Positions 58,307 to 64,000 of a stretch of DNA of 64,000 nt are shown here, piece after piece. The stretch is from assembly GCA_964633865.1 (NCBI GenBank), contig CAZWIJ010000004.1, positions 35,543 to 99,542 of the forward strand, in the 5' to 3' direction. Position numbers and translations under genes: made by a program. Numbering within the stretch: position 1 is the stretch's first letter; each line of letters starts with the position of its first letter. The notes under the pieces are model-generated. The model was not told the DNA's origin, did no database searches, and saw only the letters and a list, made by a program, of their open reading frames with translations. The DNA is from an uncultured Candidatus Saccharibacteria bacterium. Its GTDB lineage: Bacteria > Patescibacteriota > Minisyncoccia > SW-4-49-11.

Positions 58307-59248
58307 CTATTCTCTAACCTCTTTACCTGTTAATAATAAGAAAATATCTTCTAAAGTTGGCTCTTTAACATTTATATTAAAAATCTTTAAGTTTTCTTTT
58401 TTAACTAAATCGATAGCTTGATTTAAACTTTTACTGATATCTTGAATTAAAATCGAAACTGTTTGTTTATTTAAGGTTGCATTACTAAATAAATTTTTAA
58501 AAATTTTTCTAGATTTTTCCAAATAAATCTTATCTGTAGAATTAAGATGAATTTGAAGAATATTTCCTTGACTATGCTTTGCTTTTAACTCTGAGACAGT
58601 TCCTTCTGTAACTAATTTCCCAGAATCTATAATTACAACATAATCTGCTAATTTTTCAGCCTGATCTAAATAATGATCTGTCAATAGTATTGCTTGCTCT
58701 TTTTTATTAGCTAATTTTTGAATGTATTCAGTGAGCAAAATCCTACTTTGAGCATCTATGCCTGGAGTTGGCTCATCCAAAAATATTACTTTAGGATTAT
58801 GAAGAACTGAAATAGCAAGATTTAATCTTCTTTTATATCCACCAGATAAGTTTTTTGCTAAATTATTAATTTCAGGAGTCAATCTAAGATCATTTATTAT
58901 ATCTTTAATTCTAAGTTCTGCTGTTATTCTAGGGATTTTATATAAACTAGCAGTATATTTTAAATTTTCTAAAATAGTTAGATCATCCCATATTATAATT
59001 TCTTGGGGCATTATACCTATCTTAGATCTGAGTTCTGTAGGAAAACTAGAGTATTCTTTACTATTAATAAAAATACTTCCTGATGTAGGTTTAATTCTAC
59101 CGGTTAGCATTTTAATAATAGTTGATTTACCTGATCCATTAGGACCTAATAAAGCTAAAATTTGTCCTGGGATAAGATCTAAATTTATATCTGTAACAAC
59201 TTTTTTTGTTCCATATTTTTTGTTCAAATTCTTAGTAATTATATGCAT
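58307..59248 (-). CDS. ABC transporter ATP-binding protein
   Basis: 313 aa. Walker A GPNGSGKST, signature LSGGYKRRLNLA, Walker B FLDEPT. Confidence 0.8.
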   Translation of the reverse strand: MHIITKNLNKKYGTKKVVTDINLDLIPGQILALLGPNGSGKSTIIKMLTGRIKPTSGSIFINSKEYSSFPTELRSKIGIMPQEIIIWDDLTILENLKYTASLYKIPRITAELRIKDIINDLRLTPEINNLAKNLSGGYKRRLNLAISVLHNPKVIFLDEPTPGIDAQSRILLTEYIQKLANKKEQAILLTDHYLDQAEKLADYVVIIDSGKLVTEGTVSELKAKHSQGNILQIHLNSTDKIYLEKSRKIFKNLFSNATLNKQTVSILIQDISKSLNQAIDLVKKENLKIFNINVKEPTLEDIFLLLTGKEVRE

Positions 59249-59256
59249 AAATTTAT

Positions 59257-61662
59257 TTATAAATTCCTACTTTTTATATTATGAGTAACAATATCAACTG
59301 GAGTTCCATACTTAAGTCTCGATAATTGTTTAATTGCTTCTTGTAGTTTTGGATTACTTCTACTAGCAAAGATAACATTAAAATTAAATGCCTTACTATT
59401 TTTACCATCTATCATAAGTTTCATAACCCCTTTCAGATTATCCATATTCACAAGATCATAAGCTGAATAGTCTGGTTTCATTTTTTGTTCCAAAACTTCA
59501 GCATCATCAGTTCCTATTCTAAATGCAACCGTTGTTCCAACATTACCAAATATAGCTGTTCTGATATTTTCTGGTAATTGACCTATAAATTGATGAGCTA
59601 AAATCATATCTAATCTATACTTTCTTGCCTCGGACAAAATTGTAGATACACTATCTGTAGTAAAATTTTGGAACTCATCCAGATATAAATAAAAATCTCT
59701 TCTTTGATCTTCTGGAATATTACTTCTTTTGAAGGCAGCCATCTGTAATTTAGATACAAGAAGCATACCTAATAAATTACTATTCATATCCCCAATCGCT
59801 CCTTTTGACAAATTAGCTATCAAAATTTTACCTGAATTCATTATATCTTGAAAATCAAATGATGATTTAGGTTGTCCTATAATATTTCTAACCATTTCAT
59901 TTTCTATAAATCTTCCTAATTTTGATAAAAGATATCCCAATGTATCTCCAGCACTTTGTCCTTTCTGTGCAGCTGGGAATTCTTTTTCCCAAAAATCTTT
60001 TACAATAGGATCATGAACATTTTCTAAAACTTTTGCCCGGAAAGCATCATCTGTAAATAACTTTGGTATTTCTACTATAGTTCTAGGGTTTTCTACATCA
60101 TCCATCAAAGCTGACATAGCCATTCTCATATTATGTTCAAAAATAGGTCCAATCATACTGGGATCAGATACAAGCCTATAGAATATAGAAATCATCTCTT
60201 GACTAAGAAAATCTTTCTCTTCTGGAGTTCTTGCCTCTAAGATATTCAAACCCAATGGATAATCTATATCCTGAGGATTAAAATAAATCACATCCTCATA
60301 CCTATCCTTAGGAATCATACCTAAAACATCTTCTGCAAAATCACCATTAGGATCAAGCAATGCTAATCCTCTACCAGCTTTCAAATCTAGTTCTATCATT
60401 CTTTTCATAAAAGAAGTCTTTCCTGTTCCAGTCTGACCAATAACATACATATGTCTTCTCCTATCTTCATCTTGAATTCTAACTAACTGTTCTTCTCCTC
60501 GATAAACATTTATACCTAAGACTAAACCTTCTTTAGGTAAATTGGCTGGTGGAAAAGATGCTTTAGATGTTACCCATTGAATTTTAGGAGTTTGTAAATG
60601 AGATGTAGGTATATGAAATAAGCTTGTCAATTCTTCTGTATTTAGTATCATTGATTCTCCTTTTTCAAAAATTCTAAATATAAATTTATAGATAAACTTC
60701 CAAATGTTTTTATTACTATAATCTATAAATTTAAATGAATTAAGATTCTGATCCACAAACTGTGAAAAAGATCCTTTTATCTGTTCCATTAAAATATCTG
60801 ATCTACTTCCTTCAGATGATATTGTCATTAATCTTATATTAACTTCAAAACCTGTTTTGTCAGTTTTTTTCTGCATTCTTTGTATTAAATCCTCTTCAGA
60901 AGCTGTTAACTGTCTAATGTCTTTATTCTCTTCTTTTTTAGTTGATTTAAAAGCATTTACGATAAATCCGATTATATCTAAAGTATCTTTTTTATAAGCA
61001 TTTTGAAAAGTAAGCCCATCTTTTCTCATAGCTTGGGTTACTTTTTTTGTTTTTTCTACCCAACTATTAGAAGATTTTTTAATTAATATTTGAATTACTG
61101 CACTTTCCTCTTCATATATTTTTGATAAAGCTGAAGTTAAACTAGATAAAGGGTCTACTTCTAAATCTTGATAAGTTTTTATTGGAATAATTGATGGTTT
61201 ATTAAACTTAAGATATGAAGCTCTTATTTCTCCTTTTGTAGTAAGAACATTGTAATCATCAATTTTTGTTAAATCAGCATTTGGATATACTCCATGAAGT
61301 TGTTTCTCAAAGATAGTTTCATATTCTTTTGGAACTCCCATATAAAAATGAATTTCATCTTTTTCAGTTGGACTAACAATTTCGAGAGATATACTAGGAT
61401 CAACTTTGATTAAGCCAGAAGATTTATCTTTCAAAAATGTAAAACTATTATAAACTTGCTCCATAACTGTTATCAAAGCTTTTGGATCTTTATTTTCATC
61501 CTCTAGATTTCTTGGAACTTTAACTTGATATTGAGTTAGAATTAATCCTCTTTGAATCTTTTTTTCTTCAATAATTGGTTTTATAAAAACATAATAGACT
61601 GTTGTTAAAATCATTGCTAACCAAACAGAAATAATTATTATTAGGATAAAGACTAGATTCAT
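59257..61662 (-). CDS. TraG/TraD/VirD4-like type IV coupling protein ATPase (membrane-anchored)
   Basis: 801 aa. N-terminal TM helix, Walker A VIGQTGTGKTS, TrwB-like LLDPNGDF...VIYFNPQDIDYPLGLNIL, Walker B/TraG-D_C-like FYLYLDEFQNF...ARKYRLDMILAHQ. Confidence 0.5.
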   Translation of the reverse strand: MNLVFILIIIISVWLAMILTTVYYVFIKPIIEEKKIQRGLILTQYQVKVPRNLEDENKDPKALITVMEQVYNSFTFLKDKSSGLIKVDPSISLEIVSPTEKDEIHFYMGVPKEYETIFEKQLHGVYPNADLTKIDDYNVLTTKGEIRASYLKFNKPSIIPIKTYQDLEVDPLSSLTSALSKIYEEESAVIQILIKKSSNSWVEKTKKVTQAMRKDGLTFQNAYKKDTLDIIGFIVNAFKSTKKEENKDIRQLTASEEDLIQRMQKKTDKTGFEVNIRLMTISSEGSRSDILMEQIKGSFSQFVDQNLNSFKFIDYSNKNIWKFIYKFIFRIFEKGESMILNTEELTSLFHIPTSHLQTPKIQWVTSKASFPPANLPKEGLVLGINVYRGEEQLVRIQDEDRRRHMYVIGQTGTGKTSFMKRMIELDLKAGRGLALLDPNGDFAEDVLGMIPKDRYEDVIYFNPQDIDYPLGLNILEARTPEEKDFLSQEMISIFYRLVSDPSMIGPIFEHNMRMAMSALMDDVENPRTIVEIPKLFTDDAFRAKVLENVHDPIVKDFWEKEFPAAQKGQSAGDTLGYLLSKLGRFIENEMVRNIIGQPKSSFDFQDIMNSGKILIANLSKGAIGDMNSNLLGMLLVSKLQMAAFKRSNIPEDQRRDFYLYLDEFQNFTTDSVSTILSEARKYRLDMILAHQFIGQLPENIRTAIFGNVGTTVAFRIGTDDAEVLEQKMKPDYSAYDLVNMDNLKGVMKLMIDGKNSKAFNFNVIFASRSNPKLQEAIKQLSRLKYGTPVDIVTHNIKSRNL

Positions 61663-61727
61663 AATTTTATTTTTATAATTAATTTAACTATGAAATAATT
61701 ATATCATATTTTAAGAAATATAGTACT

Positions 61728-61767
61728 ATAAAAATAAAAACACCCGTAGAGGAGATCTACAAGGTGT
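61728..61767 (-). terminator. rho-independent terminator
   Basis: Minus strand ACACC-TTGTAGATCTCCTCTACG-GGTGT nested hairpin followed by TTTTTATTTTTAT. Downstream of the 61824..62399 gene. Confidence 0.55.
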
Positions 61768-61823
61768 TATCTAGATATAGATTAACATATATTATACCAC
61801 TTGTCAATACAAACTAATAAAAA

Positions 61824-62399
61824 TTAATTCTCTGATAATGTTTTATTCAAATTATCATGATTTTTTTGTAATATATTAAGATCATTATGAAGACTTCTTC
61901 TAAATAGATTTTTTTTATCCTTGATAGTTTTAATCTTCTCTTCATCAAAAGTTAAATTTTTATCTAAGTTTTTAGTATTTAAAACAGACAAGAGCTTATA
62001 AAAACATTTTGTACTTTCCAGAGAAAGATATAAAGTTCCACCATGTTTAGTTTGCCATTCTTTTAAATTTAGATAAGCTTCTTCATGAAATGATCTTAAT
62101 TCAAATTTGTCTTTAAAATCACCTATCTCATATCCTATTTCTTGTGTTATTTTTATTAACTCCGGGTATAACTCCATTCTTTTTAGTAAAAGTTTTTCAG
62201 AATATTGACTTCTAATTTGAGTTAATTGATTATTTAATATATTTCTTAACTCTATCTCTTTTAATAATATTTCTTTTTTCCACTGATTTCTATTAATTAT
62301 ATAACCTAAAATACTACCTCCCAATGATAAAAAAGCTATTATAATTGATACTGTGGATGTTAATATTGCAATTTGTAATTCTATTGAGTTCCAATTCAT
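61824..62399 (-). CDS. hypothetical membrane-anchored coiled-coil protein
   Basis: 191 aa. N-terminal TM helix, then charged helical region. Confidence 0.35.
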   Translation of the reverse strand: MNWNSIELQIAILTSTVSIIIAFLSLGGSILGYIINRNQWKKEILLKEIELRNILNNQLTQIRSQYSEKLLLKRMELYPELIKITQEIGYEIGDFKDKFELRSFHEEAYLNLKEWQTKHGGTLYLSLESTKCFYKLLSVLNTKNLDKNLTFDEEKIKTIKDKKNLFRRSLHNDLNILQKNHDNLNKTLSEN

Positions 62400-62410
62400 C
62401 TTAATAATAT

Positions 62411-63214
62411 TTATTTTTTATTTCGATTAAATTTAATTTTGGCATTTTCTAATTCATTCAGATTATTTATACCAAACCATTCTTTCTCCATAATATCACA
62501 ATATAATATATTATCCCCTTTTTCTATTCCTAATAAAAATCCGCTTGGAATACCATATTCCCCATTTTTAGGATTTGGTTCTATTAGAGGAAATATACTT
62601 TGTATCCATTCTGTTTTTCCCGCATAAAGTCCACACACTACCTTTTCTCCTGGAATAGATGAATTTTCTTGATTCAATCCTAATAATTTATGTGTATTAA
62701 CATTAAATACAGCTGACTTATATTCTAATTTTTTAACAATATCAGCTAATCCTACAGTGAAATCTCCTTGATATTTTTCATGAATATCTATCATTCTTAA
62801 TAAAGTTTCTTTATTATAAAAAAAACTATCATCAGCTTGAGCAATTAATACATTTCTTGTTTTAACTTTATTTATACAAGCCATAACTCCATCTGCAGTT
62901 CCTTTTGGTATTGTATTTATATATTGATAATTTGGATAAAAATCTTTAATTTTATTTGTATATTCACTAATTATAACATATTTTTCTTTGATATTTAAAA
63001 TATTTGATAAGTTTAGAATATTACTTATTAAAGGTTCTCCTTCTATTTTTACTAAAGGTTTTGGTTCTTGTGATTTTAATCTTGTTCCTTTACCAGCTGC
63101 TAAAATTATAATACTCCAATCTTTCATAAAATTTGTTAATTTAATATACCCTATTATATCATAATTTTTATTATTTATTAAAACCTCTATTTTGGTTATA
63201 CCATTCCAAAACAT
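62411..63214 (-). CDS. sugar-phosphate nucleotidyltransferase (NTP_transferase family)
   Basis: 267 aa. IILAAGKGTRLKS N-terminal nucleotide-binding motif as in GlmU/RmlA/GalU-type enzymes. Confidence 0.6.
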   Translation of the reverse strand: MFWNGITKIEVLINNKNYDIIGYIKLTNFMKDWSIIILAAGKGTRLKSQEPKPLVKIEGEPLISNILNLSNILNIKEKYVIISEYTNKIKDFYPNYQYINTIPKGTADGVMACINKVKTRNVLIAQADDSFFYNKETLLRMIDIHEKYQGDFTVGLADIVKKLEYKSAVFNVNTHKLLGLNQENSSIPGEKVVCGLYAGKTEWIQSIFPLIEPNPKNGEYGIPSGFLLGIEKGDNILYCDIMEKEWFGINNLNELENAKIKFNRNKK

Positions 63215-64000
63215 TTCTTGCTACCGGGATAGAAGTTAAATATCCTTCTTGACCTTCTTCAATTAAAACTATAATTGCAAGTTCTGGATTTTCGAAAGGA
63301 GCATAAGCAGTAAAAAATGAATTGTTTCTTTCCGCTCCAGTTTGTGCTGTTCCAGTTTTTGCAGCACTACTAAATGGAAGATCTTTGAGTTGATAGGCTG
63401 TACCATCAAGAACCGTTTGTCTCATACCATCTTGAACTATTTTCAGATTTTCTGGTGAAATTATATTTTCTCTTTTAATCTTATCTATTTTATTCTTATT
63501 TTCTAAATTACCTTCAGCTAATAACAGTTGGGGTTGATTTAATTTTCCACCATTAGCAATGTAGGATATCCCATTAATTATCTGAATGGGGGTTGCTAAC
63601 ATTCCACCTTGACCAATAGAGATATTATAAGTATCTCCCAATCTCCAATCTTCTCCAAAAGTTTCTTTTTTCCATTTTGGATTAGCAATTAACCCTTCTT
63701 TTTCTCCTGGTAAATCTATACCTGTGATAGAACCAAAACCATATTTAGAATAATAATCCACTAATTTTTCTATGCCTATACCTTTTTTATCTTGTGTTCC
63801 TCCACTGAATGTATAAAAAAACACATTAACAGAACTTGCTATTGCTTTATAGATATTACTTTTACCATGAATCTTCCAATCAGGAAAAATAGTAGGGTTG
63901 TCTGGAGAATATTGATTTGGAACAATTAGTTTTCCTAAAGGATCATTTATTTCAGTTTTTGTATCAACTACACCTTCCTGCAAAAAAGCACCCGCTAATA
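63171..64000 (-). CDS. class B penicillin-binding protein, transpeptidase domain (C-terminal part; 5' end beyond window)
   Basis: KTG motif (SSAAKTGTAQTG) and transpeptidase C-terminus. The reading frame runs open to the window edge. Overlaps the downstream gene by 44 nt. Confidence 0.65.
   Translation of the reverse strand, partial: LAGAFLQEGVVDTKTEINDPLGKLIVPNQYSPDNPTIFPDWKIHGKSNIYKAIASSVNVFFYTFSGGTQDKKGIGIEKLVDYYSKYGFGSITGIDLPGEKEGLIANPKWKKETFGEDWRLGDTYNISIGQGGMLATPIQIINGISYIANGGKLNQPQLLLAEGNLENKNKIDKIKRENIISPENLKIVQDGMRQTVLDGTAYQLKDLPFSSAAKTGTAQTGAERNNSFFTAYAPFENPELAIIVLIEEGQEGYLTSIPVARNVLEWYNQNRGFNK

Overview
This 64-kb window is very AT-rich and gene-dense. I read it as a small-genome bacterium with a Gram-positive-like or CPR/Patescibacteria-like gene set; that is inference from content and minimal protein architectures, not from a search. 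prfB is intact and ORFs are full length, so standard code 11.

Core genes I can support:
- prfB-ftsE-ftsX.
- A dcw cluster (mraZ-rsmH-ftsL-ftsI-murF) with a recognisable sigma70 promoter and MraZ-box-like repeats.
- groES-groEL with a CIRCE-like operator and promoter.
- trxB-yebC-ruvC.
- zwf, rpe, korAB (2-oxoacid:ferredoxin oxidoreductase), lepB, parB, ruvX, tRNA-Arg(TCT) and cysteine desulfurase.
- Several glycosyltransferases, ABC transporters and a PAS-histidine kinase / CheY-like pair.

The most striking content is a ~21-kb minus-strand supercluster (29.5-50.9 kb) built around a type IV pilus-like machinery: PilB ATPase, PilC platform and five pilin/pseudopilin genes. Two of the minor pilins are fused to a ConA/LamG-like lectin domain and to a 4x ~125-aa repeat domain, and the cluster is bracketed by a CheY-like regulator and a PAS/histidine kinase. 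Just downstream are two giant proteins (791 and 953 aa) that share the same pilin N-terminal module. One is fused to DUF285-type repeats and the other to ~14 delta-60/beta-propeller-like repeats with near-identical nucleotide copies. A WecB/TagA glycosyltransferase abuts them.

Other notable items:
- A frameshifted radC at a homopolymer.
- A tandem-duplicated LOG-domain fusion protein.
- A KAP P-loop NTPase with two tandem small paralogous ORFs.
- A lone VirD4/TraG-like coupling ATPase operonic with an ABC exporter.
- A secreted repeat protein with an RlpA-like C-terminus.
- Two unannotated small ORFs (YegP/DUF1508-like; a hairpin-containing 50-aa ORF).
- Minimal-architecture Mur ligases and YebC.

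No CRISPR array, rRNA or obvious mobile element was seen.
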